This document shows, one piece after another, positions 47,135 to 59,544 of a stretch of 64,000 nucleotides of DNA. The translations under genes and the position numbers were made by a program. Each line of letters starts with the position of its first letter. Positions within the stretch are counted from its first letter, which is position 1. The stretch comes from Vicugna vicugna (taxonomy: Eukaryota), in contig MU057781.1 of the NCBI GenBank assembly GCA_013265495.1, positions 312,001 through 376,000 of the forward strand, read 5' to 3'. The notes under the pieces are model-generated. The model saw nothing but the letters and a program-made list of their open reading frames with translations, searched no databases and was not told the origin of the DNA.

Positions 47135-49990
47135 CCAAGAGGGTTTACTGGGGCGTAACTGGCGTTCGGGACGTTGCCCGTGTTCGAAGTGCACAACTTG
47201 ATAAGTTTTGAAAAATGTGCGTGCCCATGACATCCTCCCCACAGTCAAGACAATGAACGTTCCCAGTCCTGCCTCCAGAGGAGCCCCTCCCTCCCACCCC
47301 GGGCAGCTGCGGACCGACAGACAAGCACACAGTGCCTGTTCACTGGCTTCCTTCCCTCAGAATGGCTGTTTGGGGCTCCTCCCTGTGGCTGCACGTGGTC
47401 ACCTTCTCTGGTTCCTGGGGAGCAGCTCTGAGCGGACGCACCTCAGGGCTCTTCTCGCCTGCATGAGCTCTGAGTTGTTTCCAACCTGCAGACGTTACTA
47501 ATAAAGCTTCTATGAACATTCACATCCAAGTTTTCATATGGACACATACCTTCTTTTTCAGGTAAATACCCAGGAGCGACTAGATCCTATAGTAGCTTTT
47601 TAGCTGCCAAGCCGTTTGTCAAAGCAGTTGACCCATCTTCCATCCCCACCACCTGTGTGTGAGGGTTCCAGTTCCTCCGCATCCTTGCCAGCACTCAGGA
47701 TGGTCAGTCTCTTCATTCTAGACAACTCGGCTGTGTGCAGTGGTACCTCATCCTGGGTTTAACTGGCATTTCCCAAGTGACTGACGACACTGAGCATCCT
47801 TCTGGTGCATGTTTACCATCTGTACATCTTCTTTGGTGAAGTGTCCAAATATCTTTGCCATTTTCTTAGCTGACTATTCATTTTCTTCTTTTTAAGTGTT
47901 TGGAATTCTTTCTGTATCCTGCACACAACTGCTTTGTCAGAAATACAGCTACAAATAGTTCCTCCTAGTCTCTTCTCGTCTTTTTGATACCTTAATGGTA
48001 TCTTTCAAAAAGTAGAAACTCCTGCTTTTGAGGAAGCTTAGTTTGTCATTTTTTCTTTTATGTATCATGCTTTTGACACCATGTGTAAGCAATGTTTGCC
48101 TAACCCAAGGACACAAAGCTATCTCTTGTATGTTTTCTTTTACAGTTTAACACCTAGGTCTGTGATTCACTTCGAGTTAAATTTTGCGTCTGGAAAAGCT
48201 TTTCTTTGAAGTTCTATCCTTGTTTGCTCTCTGTGTTTTGAAACACTGTTATTAGGCGCATACACTTTAGGACTGTTACATCTTCTTGATGAATTGGCCC
48301 TTTAAAACTGTGCAATAAACTCTTTTATCCCTGGAAGTACTTCTCTCAGAAATCTACTTTGACAGCAACACAGTCACTCCAGCTTTACGACAATGAGCAT
48401 TAGCATGACGTATGTGTTTCCACTGTCTTATTTTTTAACCTATTTGTGTCTTTATACTTGTGTATTTCTTGTAGGCAGTTTATAGTCGGTTCTTGCTTTT
48501 TTAAAATTCGATCTAACAAGCTCTGCTTTCTGACAGGGACAGTTAAGCACCTTTCATTTAATACAATTGTTGGTGTGATTAAGTTTGAGTCTATATATTC
48601 TACGTGTTTTCCACTTGTCCCGTCTGTTCTTTGTTAATTTCTCTTCTTTTTTCTTTCAGATTAAGTATCTGTTACGATTCCATCTTATCTCCTCTTTTAG
48701 ATAAGTAACTGTAACTCTTCATTTTGCTGTTTTAGTGATGGCTTTGGGGGTTGTAATATATATCCTTGTTTATGACAGTTCAGTTCAGGTGATATTAAAC
48801 CAGCTCACTTTGTAATATGAAAACCTTACAATCGTTTACTTCCATTTCTCTCCCTGGCCTTTCTTTCTATACATTTTGCTTCTGCATATGTTGCAAACTC
48901 CCAATAAATCACTCTTATTTTTGCTCTAAATAGCTGGTTATCTTTTTAAAATATTTAAGCAAAAAAATGAAATGTATTTTATAGGTATCCACATAGTCAC
49001 CATTTTTGGTACTTTGTGTAAAAGCATATTTCCATCTGGTAGTGTTTTCTTTCTGCCTAAAGAACTTTCTTTGATGTTTCCTGTGGTGTGGTTCTGTTGG
49101 TGATGCTCTTCCAGAGGATTTTTCTCACGGGCATAATTTGATTACAAGCTAAACAGGAGTATATGTTAATATGAGAAAATGTAAATTAAATTAGTTGTAA
49201 ATGAATAACAAACCAAAAATGTGTGTAAAAATCCAAATGATTATCTGAACAAATGTAATTTTGTTTTGTTTTTCTTAACACATGTGACAGCCTTCAAAAC
49301 ACGTAGGGTAAAAATTCATAGGGCTTCCAGAATACTTTTTCACTATTAAATTTTATTCATATAATGTTGACATCTCATAATTCATGATATAATTTTGACT
49401 CATGGGGGCTTAATTACTGTGTATGTGGTGTGTATGTGGTGTGTGTGTGTGTGAGAGAGAGAGGGAGAGTCAGTCATCAGGTCCTTCCATCACTGGAGTA
49501 AAGTTTTTAAATTCATGTTTCTAGAAATTAGAGCTCCCTGTTTATAGTAGTTTGAGCACAGAGAATAATTTGCAAAACATCAGTAAAGTTCTTTTCCTCC
49601 CCTCAAAAAATAAAAAACCACTTCCCATGTCTGACAGAGTCTCTGAAAGCTATTTTCACTGGTGCACAGCTCTAGACCACCACATTTTTCTTTGCCGGCA
49701 CTTTAGGAGGCTCGCCCCACTGCCTCCCAGCTTCTATTGTTTGTGACGGGACGTCTGCTGAGGTTCTTGTATCGGTGCCTCTGTGCGTCCGTGTTGTCTC
49801 CCCTCCGGCCGCCTTTAAGGTTTGCTGTTTATCACCGCTTTAAACAGTTTGATTGTGACATACCTCGTGTAGTTTTATTCACCTTTCTTGTCCTTGGTGT
49901 TTGTTGAGGTTTTTGCATCTGTGAGTTTACAGTTTTCAACAAATTGGAAAATCGTCATCTGTAATTTCTCTCATTACTTTTGCCCCTCCC
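47135..49990 (-). mobile_element. L1MC/L1MD-like element in pieces (3'UTR/ORF2 end, EN region, ORF1), interrupted at about 49115-49620
   Basis: AAGTGCACAACTTGATAAGTTTTGA; TAAAGCTTCTATGAACATTCAC; CTGTTATTAGGCGCATACAC...GATGAATTGGCCC; GCCGCCTTTAAGGTTTGCTGTTTATCAC. Confidence 0.78.
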
Positions 49991-52777
49991 ATCTTCCCAG
50001 GATGCTAATGATAAGCTTATCACATGTCATTCAAACGCCTGGAAAGTGGACCCCACCTCCTCCGAGCCAGCGCACAGAGACAGCCCCCCAGGTGCCCACA
50101 GCTCCTCCACCCACCCTACCAGCAACGCTTCCTCCCAGACCACAGGGAGACTTACCCGCAGAAACACAAATCCTAATTTCGATGGATTTACATGAAATAA
50201 ATTTGTTCTTATTGGAAAATGCATCAGCGTGTTCAGAAACATGAACTGTTTGGATGATAACCCCCTTTGGTAAAGAACTACAGAAACAGTTAGCAGCAAA
50301 CTTGGGCAGCTGTGTTTCAAGACCAGACGGGGAGCTCCCTGCTTGTTCTCTCCAACGTGGAAAAGGGGTTTTGGAGCAAATGCTAGAGGTTGTACCTCTC
50401 AAGGTGAAGAGTTTCCCTGAGAACATCTCTCCATCCTTCACACCTGGTGGTGGAGAATCCAAGACACTGAGAACCCATGAGGATTTCTCACTGGAAGGAC
50501 TTCCAGACGGCAGGACCCACCCCCCACATGCAGCCACTGGGACCACATGTGCACTTGCTGTCGGGGGGCTGTGGCCTCACTGCACGTCTGACAGTGATAG
50601 CGGAGTCTCCGCGAAGACCCACATGCACATCCCCAGCCCTCACCGCCTGCTCCTGGGACACGCGGTTCAGACAGCACCCCCAGACTGACCGCCCCGACCA
50701 CCAGGGGCCCAGCCCCTCAGCCCGGGCACAGTGGGTGAGGCCTGAAGGAACCTGGGTCACAGTCTGGCCGGTGACTTACTTGTCATGTGGCCACAGACCC
50801 CTTTCTCACAAATTTCGCAGGATAAACTGTGCATGTCCCGCACACCCTGCTGAAGGAGCCGATGGTTATGAATGAAGCACATCCACTGTGAAATGTTGTC
50901 CAGAGACAAGAGGCCGGCACCTTCCTCTCGTGCGCTTTTGAAAGTCTCCCACTTGTGGCGTGACGAGCTGTTTCCTGGGCAGTGGCTGCGTTTCTGTCTC
51001 GCCACTTCTACTCCCTGTGCGGCGGTGCCTTGTGTGGGCGGGCTGTGACGTCATCCAGCCAGTCCCTGTGGTCAGGCCTGAGGTGGGTTCTGCTTCTTCA
51101 CTGCTATGCATGAGGCCCAGACGAACAGCCTGCCCACCTCTGTTTGTCACTCGAAGGTGGCGTGGCCGGGTGTGAGGGCACTCATGGCTCCTGAGACGAC
51201 TACAGACTTACCCTCCAGAACGTAGCGGCCGACACTCCCGTCAGCAGCTTGCACGAAGCCCCGCTTTCCGACACTGTCCCCGTCCTGACTGTTAGGACCG
51301 TTCATCTGAGTCTGATGGACAAACGGGCCCCATCCAGGCTCCTTTAGAGACGAGGGGGCTGGGGACTCCCGTGGGCTGTTCCGTGTGTCCCTTCTGAGTG
51401 ATGCGTGGCCAGACTCTGCCCGCAGCTCCAGACTCTTCACACCCCCTTTGCTGGCACATTGCACGTGTCTGTCGCTGCTGCGTGTCGCTGAGAATCTGAC
51501 GAGCAGAGACTCTGTACCAGTGGTCCTGACGCTTGGCACAGGGGGGTGGACTTCCCTGAGAGCAGGGAACCCCCGGGAGCAGGGGACACCGGGTCACCTA
51601 CTGTCTTGCGTGTGGTTTTAAGGGTGCAGGGCCCCTAACTGGGCCCCCTGCCCAGGCCAGGAGGCAGATCTTCAAGTCCATCCCCTGACCTTGGTGGTTC
51701 AACCAGGAGGGGTTCTGCCCACAGCATCGTCTGGGTCAACCTCCAGCCTGACGTTTTCTCTCCAATTCCCCAAAGATATAACAAGGGACCCCTTCAAAAG
51801 CCCGGGTACAACCCGGTTCCACTGCCCCATCCCTCCCGGCCGGCACCTCCGGCAGACAGACCCCATCAGCCCCACCAGGACCCCTGCCCGTGTGTCCCAG
51901 GCTGTGTGACCTCAGAGCCCAGGACACCCAGGAAGAAAGGTAGCTCCCGAGCCCGGAACAGAAACCCCAGGGCCAAACCGTGGTCCTTGGCCATGACTAG
52001 ACCCGAACTGGGCACATCGTGAAGGAGAAACAGCTTTCCTGGAACTTGGATAACAAATCGCCAAACGAAGGTCGGTTTCAGCGAGTGCTCGCCTTGATCA
52101 CGTTCCATAAGCCCCAGAAGGAGCTGGGCGGTGACGCACGGCTGGGAGACAGCGGAGAGATGTTCGCTGTGCCCGTTTCTAGAGCCCTGTCCTTCGTCTT
52201 CCGCCAGCCTCTCGGGGCCTCCGCGCCCAGCAGGAGTAGAGAAGGTCTACGTAAGTGTTAAGCCAGAGCAAACAGACAGACCTTGTTTCCACCAAGACCG
52301 ACCCGCTCCCCGGCCCCACTCTACTGCTCAGCATCCACGCGGGTCAAGTCAGAATGGGCTGAAATGTCGATTTTCGAAGAAGGCTATTAGCAGCTCAAAC
52401 ATAAAACTCCCGTCTGGAGTGCCGTGAGACGCAGCCAGTGGAAGCCCTCTCGACGGCTCCCCGAGGAGGCCGACCAGGAAGCTGCGAGCCAGGCCGCCAC
52501 GGGGATGCGGTCCCGCCTGCATTCGCCGCTGGAATCGTCAAAAGCGACACCCACGTCTGCAGAGGGTGAGCCTACAAATGTGCAGGTTTCCTCCAAAGGC
52601 CTAGATCCACCTGTGGAGGCCACGGAGGCTCACATCCTTGTACAGACGAGAACCGTGAATTTCTAGAAACGCTGTCCTCACGGAGGAAAAACGTGCTCTC
52701 CAAAGTCAGGCAGACAAACATGAAACTTACACAAAACACCGGAACATACACAACATTCAAGCTTCCCGCCACCATTT

Positions 52778-53257
52778 TTTCGTTTCTCTTTTTTTTTTTA
52801 ACTGAAGTACAGTCAGCTACAGTGTGTCAATTTCTGGTGTGCAGCACAGTGTCCCCGTCATATATACACACATGTATTTGTTTTCAGATTCTTTTCACTA
52901 AAGGTTATTACAAATACTGAATACAGCTCCCCGTGCTGTACAGAAGAAACTTGTTTTTTATCTATTTTTATATATAGTGGTTATCGTTTGCAAATCTCAA
53001 ACTCCCAAATTTATCCCTTCCTACCCTCTTTCCCCGGTAATCAGAAAATTGTTTACTGTGTCTGCAAGTCTGTTTCTGTTTTGTGAGTGAGTTCATTAGT
53101 GTCCTCTTTTTTTTCTTTTCCTTTTTTCTTTTAAGATTTCACATATGAGTGATTTCATATGATATTTTTCTTTCTTTCTCTTTCTGGCTTACTTCACTTA
53201 GAATGACGATCTCCAAGTCCATCTATGTTGCTGCAAATGGCATTATTTTATTCTTTT
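52778..53257 (-). mobile_element. Camelid-type L1 3'UTR, 5'-truncated, with TSD
   Basis: T-tail, then AACTGAAGTACAGTCAG...AAAGGTTATTACAAATACTGAATACAGCTCCCCGTGCTGTACAGAAGAAAC. TSD TTCCCGCCACCATTT (52763-52777) versus TTCCCACCACTATTT (53258-53272). Confidence 0.92.
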
Positions 53258-55245
53258 TTCCCACCACTATTTATTAATAACAAGAATGACATTTGCTGTT
53301 TTAAATTCAAGAGAACCACCACCACAGACCCACCACGTGGACTGGCGCACAGGAGAGCTTCGCGGACATTTGGCCTCGGGCCCCAGGTACCCCACCCACA
53401 CCCCCAGACGAGTGGGGCGGCTGCACCTGGACGGTGCTGGTCCCACCAGGGCCCTTTGACCTGCTCTCTCTAAGACCAGAGACTAGGTCCCCCACTGCCC
53501 AACTTCAGATCAAAAGTCAACGAGAAGATACGAGCAAGAAGGAAGATTTGTCACCATCCGTGGGCAGAAGCAACGTCTGATTCTTGCATTTTAGGGAATC
53601 AGTGCTTGCTCGTTAAGCTTTGAAGTTGCAAAGGGCTAATAAGATATGGGAATTTTAACTAAAAATCTGTCAACTGGATAATTCCTGAAAATTACACTTG
53701 GGGAACAGAGGGCCGGTGACAAACGCACGGATGCCTTTGGTTCATCTGGTGAACACGCAGCGAACGCTTCTGCGTGCGACGTCACGGGGAACTGAACAGA
53801 CAGGCCTCTGCTCTCTCTCAGGACTGTTCTAGAAAGTTCAGGCCTGATGGCGGCTTTAGATTGCAGTCTGACTGCAGAGATACTTACGGTGTTAACAGAG
53901 CTGATTTCTCTCCGAAGAATGTGTTCTCTAAAAGGAATGTGTGTACAGATCCCGTGTTTGCAAACACAGGGAGGCACTGAAAAGCAAATAGAAACATTTC
54001 CTGCTTCTACCACCAGAAAAGGGAAACACTCGCCGTTTACGGCTCCAGAATTACAAGCGGACGTAAGCACAGACAGAATTGCGCCCACACACAAACGGCA
54101 GCTTTTCTCACAACCACAGGCGCACACGCCGCAAGCGGGCTGGAGACTCCCCGGACTGGCAGTGCGGGCGGCAGTCGTGTGGCTGGTGGACAGACGCGCG
54201 ACCCCTCGGGCTTTGTCCAGGGTGTCGGCTGTTGCCCTCCGTCCGGTCAGAGGACGAAGGCTGAGGCTGAGGAGGGGGGTCCGCCGGCACCGCGAGCGGC
54301 CCCGAGCGCTCTGGCTGATCCCGCAACCACGACAGCCCTGCGCGCTCCTGACCTGAGCAGGGCGCCCCTCAGCGACCTCGAGGAGGACAGGGCGCGGGGC
54401 CGCCCGTCCTGTCTCCTCCACGCAGGTGTCGCTAGGACTAAAGGGGTGCGTCTGGGGACCGCATTTTGTTCCTCGGGGAAACATGTGACGTCAGGAGATG
54501 CGTTAAAGCTCAGCGCAGCTGTCAGGCCGCACGTGGCCCTCGCCCCCTGTGGTGAGGTCGGGCGTGCACTGAGGTTTGCACACTCACCTCTCACCCAAGG
54601 TCACAACTGCCTCAAGCTGCCTCTGAGCGAAGTTTGTGGGCACTCCTGTTCGAGAGAAAAGTCAGGGCCGTGTCCTCCCTGCCCGCGGGACACAGGTCCG
54701 CATCGTGACGGCCCCCCACCCCCGGGCTGGGCGCTCAGTCGGGGGAGGACGGGGAGCTGGCAGGCGCTTCGTGCATCCTGATCAAAGAGGCCCAGGGTGG
54801 TTGTTTTTCACTTGTCTGTGGTTTCAAAGTTCCAGACACCAATCTGGACCCTGAGCTGGGGCCTCAGGGCTGCTGTGAGCCTCCCGTCCAGGGCATGCAG
54901 CCCCCGGGGAGGGGACACCAGAGGGTCTGCCGAGGACCCGGCCGCATGGCCCCACCTCTGCCCTTCTCCCGGCGGGAGCCCTTCCCGGGTGAAAACGCCG
55001 GGGCCTTTGCCAGAACTCACACTTGCCCCTCTTGAATGTGAGCGGAGGAAGCAGCTACCGCTCAGCGTACTAAGTGCCCTGCGTCACCCTCACGTGGCAG
55101 AGCTGTGGCTCGACTGGCCTCCCATCGGACGCTTTTCTAAACGCAGTTCCTCCCAGCAGGAGGCTCCCTGCCTTCTCCAGTGCCAGCCTCCAGAGCAGCC
55201 TTTTCCAGACCAGCTGAGCTCACTTCCTGCCACACAGCAGGCTCC

Positions 55246-55279
55246 CTGCGCTGGGCTGCGCTGGGCTGCGCTGGGCTGC
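55246..55279. repeat. Short tandem repeat (CTGCGCTGGG)x3.4
   Basis: Directly visible. Confidence 0.9.
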
Positions 55280-56487
55280 TTACCCGGCTGCTGGGTCCCG
55301 CTTCCCTCCCTCCGCCTCTGGGCCGTCCAGTCCCCTGCAGGTCTCATCCTGGGTGCCGCTTCTTCCAGGAAGCCTTCCTAGACAGCCAGTCGGCTCGGTG
55401 TCCGTGTCGTGTGCACTCAGAGCCAGCCCTCCCCTGCTGAAGACTCACAACCTCCGGCGGCACCCGCTGCTCTCTGCCTGCCCCCTCCCCTCGAGCCCCG
55501 GCAGCGAGGTTCCAGCTGTGCAGGGCCACCGCTCTAGGTCCAGGCCCTGCCAGCGCGGACACTGAGGGAGGCTGCACTCACCGACTGTTTGTGAAAAAAT
55601 TCCTCCACGCTCGCAGTGAAGTCCCCTCCCCTCCAGGCCCTGTCCCCGTGACATCAGCGTCCCTGTGGCCATCTGTCACCCTGGCAGGACCCAAGGCAGC
55701 AAGGATCACGAGCGGAGGCACTGAGGTTTAGGGGTCCCCGTGAGTGCGCCTTCAGAGTGTCAGATGGGGGGGTCAGCTCTGCCACCGAACCCTAGAATTC
55801 CAGCCCGACCTGTGTCCGCCATCAACACGCCACCTCCCAGACGTGATCTATGGTTCGTTTCCACAAACCACAGCCTGTGTTTTTGGTTTGGTTTGTTTCT
55901 GACGTGGTGTGAAGGTGAGAAACCTCACGTAGGGTTGAGTAAGGTGGCAGCTGAAAGATGAAGTGTGACCAGAAACCCAAAATGGAGTTGGTGTCACTGA
56001 GAGAGCCTGTAACACACGGCCAGGAGGGCACTGAGGAAGGGGGGCCTATGCCCGGCTCAGCCCGGATGGAGTCTGACCTTTGACCACTCGTTGTCCTCAT
56101 GAAGGCGCCCAAACGTCACCAGAAAATGAAGATACTCCCGGACCCTTGCCCTGAAACCCCTCGTCATCCCTTGAGGACAAATGTGTTCTGACTTGTGTCG
56201 CGGGCGACCACAGTTTTCAGTGGGCGACTCTTAACAGCGTCGTGGCTTTTGTCCTTATCAGCCCGACTCCTTCCCTTCCCTCAGACACTCTCGCTTCTCC
56301 TGCATCTGCGTCTTCTGCAGCATCACTCTCAAGACCCCAAATACTCCTTTCTTATTTGCAGCCTCCCCGTTGCTGTCTGACGGCGGGCTGTGGCTGTTGT
56401 TTCTGTCTCGCCTGTTGCTTTTATAAGTTTGCATTCATAAGCAGAAGATACACACGGACATGGAAGCACAGCTGCCCATGCGTTATG

Positions 56488-57112
56488 GCACGTGTGCACA
56501 GACGTGCATGTATGCCTGTGTGCACACATGTGCGCGTGTGTACACGTGCACGCTGTGCATGTATGTATACAGACGTGTGTGAGTGCAATTACGTGTGTGT
56601 CCACATCTGTGTATGGATACGTGTGTGCATGTGTATACATATGTATATGTGTTCGTGTATATGTGCAGTTATGTGTGTACACGTGTGTTGTATTGTGCAA
56701 TTGCATGTGGGTATGTGTATGCACGTGTGCGCACACGTGTGGAGTGTGTGGGTACATGTGTGTGTGCATATACACATGTGTGTTGTGCATTTGTGTAAAT
56801 GTATGTGTGCATCTGTGCAGTAACACGTGTGCACACATGAGTGTGTATATTGTATGCTGTGTGTACAGGTGCATGTGTGTATGTATATGTGCATGTGTGT
56901 GAAGGAGGGCACATGTGTGTGCAGTTACATGTGTTTGTACATGTGCAGGTGTATGTTGTACATGCGTGTGTGTGCGTATACAGCTGTGTGTGCAGGTACA
57001 TGCATATGCACACACATACACGTGTCTGAGTGTACATGTGCGTGTGTGTGTACGTGTATACATGTGTGTGCATATGTACGTATGTGTATGCGTGGATACT
57101 TGTGTAGTGTGA
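56488..57112. repeat. Degenerate (TG/CA/TA)n alternating purine-pyrimidine tract, about 620 bp
   Basis: Continuous imperfect GTGTGCAT/ATGTGT repeats. Confidence 0.95.
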
Positions 57113-58666
57113 GTCCCCTGCACTGAGGGACAAGTGCTCAGCCAGGCCTGCCTGTGGCCTCGGCTCCCAGGACTCAGGGCTGGGGGTCCCCACACCCCTC
57201 GGGAGCTCCCACTGGACACTAATAAGCCGTTTGAGTTAGAACAGTTTCCTGGGTTCACATTGTGCTGTCCCACCTCTGATGCCCTTTAGAAATCAGACCA
57301 AAAGAGAAATTACGGAGCACTGAGCGGGAGTGGGGGTGTGCGGGCGGTCTTAGCCTCGCCAGGTGGTGAGGCCCGCGACGGGACCGCTGCAGGAGCTGAC
57401 TTCCGTCCAGCGGGAGAGCACGATGGGAACTCCGGGGGCTGCCACTTGTGGGGCTCTGTCTGATGAGCTGAGTTAAGTGCGGCGCCCTTGACCCTCTGGA
57501 ATCTTCTCGGTTGACGCTCCAGCCCCAGGGACCAGGGGCTCCCGTCACCTGCGCTGCTGTCGGTTCAGCCCAGCGTTGCCCGCACGGCCCGCTCCTGCTC
57601 GGACGATTTCACGCCTGGCCTCTTGGGGCCGCTGAGTGTGCGGTGTGTGTGTGAACGTCCGCCCGTGCTCCATCACGGAGCCATGCGCACTGCATTCAGC
57701 TCATTACTGAGTCTTTTGGGTCATTTCTCTCTCTCCCCGTTTTGCATAAACTTGTTGGCATTTATGTTCAGAATATTAATATAATGTTAAGTAATGGTAA
57801 ACCATAAATCAGCAGAATAACACTCCACTGTGTGTCAAGTAGGCCAGATCCCAAATAATTGCCACTTGATATTACGCTGCAAAGAACACTGAAATATATT
57901 GGCAACATCTAAGTGAACATTAATTATCAGTCGTTTATATGAGAAATCAGAGAGGTTCTAATTTCCTCTGGACCACTGGTTAAGACCCAGAATATGGACG
58001 CAGATGGATGGGAGCCCCAGGGTTACCAACCGCCTGTGCAATAATTAGCCAATGACAGCCGCCCCCGGCCACACTGGGAGAGCTCTGCCCCAGGTCTGTT
58101 TTCTCACACGTCCTGGGGGAACATTTGGCTGTTCTCCACTTTGTAATTGTTTTTCCTTATTGACACCAAGATTAACGTGCCTCACGAGTGGAAAACATTC
58201 TACTTTCCAGTGAGTCCCTGTCAATTTCTAGCATCACACGGCGTTCCCTCCGCTCACCGTATGGGTCTTCCGTTACTCTCCTCTCTCAGAAGTTACCCAG
58301 TGTCTTCGTGGTTGATAAGGGCTTCCTGATCGCCCTTAATCACTTTGTTAGCTTCCTTTGCAAATTCAGGGTTGGTATTTACATATCACTCTATGCAGGA
58401 TTCATTCACCAGAGGGATCGATAAATCACACCTCGTGGCCCCGTGGAGAAGAGAAGCGAGAGGAAAACAGCGAGCATGGTCCTTCCCTTCAGCTCGGCCG
58501 TGGGGTCTTCTGGGGGATCCTGCTCCCAACCACGAGGGCGAACAAAGTGAGGAGCCAGTGGGGTCTCTCCGGACTGGCCGTCGGTCCACCCAGAGCGCCT
58601 TCTGGGGCTGAGTCCACCTCCGCCTGAGTCCTGGTGCAGGAGGCTGAAGCCAAACTGAGCCGCCGT

Positions 58667-58696
58667 CCCGCAGCCCCGCAGCCCCGCAGCCCCGCA
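58667..58696. repeat. Short tandem repeat (CCCGCAGC)x3.75
   Basis: Directly visible. Confidence 0.9.
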
Positions 58697-59409
58697 CACA
58701 GCCTGCCCGCTGGCCTCTCCACCCCAGCGCCGCCGCCTCGTCCACCCCCCGCATGGAGCCTGGACCAGCCCCGCTCCCAGGAACAGCGCTGGTGATGAGC
58801 GGAGCAGGGACTCAGGGCTGCGGCTGCCCTGAAGCCATTTCACCCTCACCTTGTGCAGGAGGCGCAGGGATGCTCCCGCTCTCAGGCAAGAAGACAGCAC
58901 GGCTGGGACGTGGAGGAGCAGGGATTCCGGGTCCATCTGCCTCTCGGGCCTGCACAGGTCACCCCCGCAAGCCCCACTGCCAGCTCCCCTCCATCAGGGC
59001 ACCAGGGGCCACCTCAGCACCTCCTGGCTTCGCTGTTCCCCAGGGGCCAAGTGGCTGGTCCCACCGCCCTCCCTTCAAGACCCTAGGTGCCCTGGGCCTC
59101 CTTCAGCTTCACAAGCCCCTAGAAACTTCTGCTCCAGCTGAGGCCATCATATGGAGCCTCAGACCTGGGGATACCTGACCAGCTGACCGTACAGGAAGAG
59201 GGCATCCTGTCCAGGAGGAGTGTGCGCCTCTGAGCCAGCGGAGCCCACGGCGGGCAGAGGAAGGCAGCTTGCCCAAGGCACATCAAACTGATGGACTAGC
59301 GGATTTGCAGACCCTGATCTGACCCAGCAGGGACCCCAATCCCCCTCCCCTGTGTGCACACAGGACCCCGACTTCCCCATCGGAGCCCATGTCACATGCA
59401 GTATGTTTT

Positions 59410-59544
59410 CTGGGGACCACTTGAGACCCTTGCGCGCAGGGAACTGTGTACACATTACATCTATAGTCTCAGCCCTTAGCAGAGAGACTGGCTCACCAGA
59501 GAGGCTGGACCAATACTCACATGAATGAATGAATGAATGAATGA
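59410..59544 (+). mobile_element. L2 3' end with (ATGA)n tail
   Basis: TTGAGACCCTTGCGCGCAGGGAACTGTGT...CAGCCCTTAGCAGAGAGACTGGCTCAC...ATGAATGAATGAATG follows the L2a terminus. Confidence 0.7.

Noticed and set aside
53636..54484. 282-aa minus-strand ORF
   Set aside because: No recognisable homology and no supporting gene structure.
56329..57273. 314-aa His/Thr-rich ORF and overlapping Cys/Val-rich ORFs
   Set aside because: Translations of a (CA/TG)n low-complexity tract.
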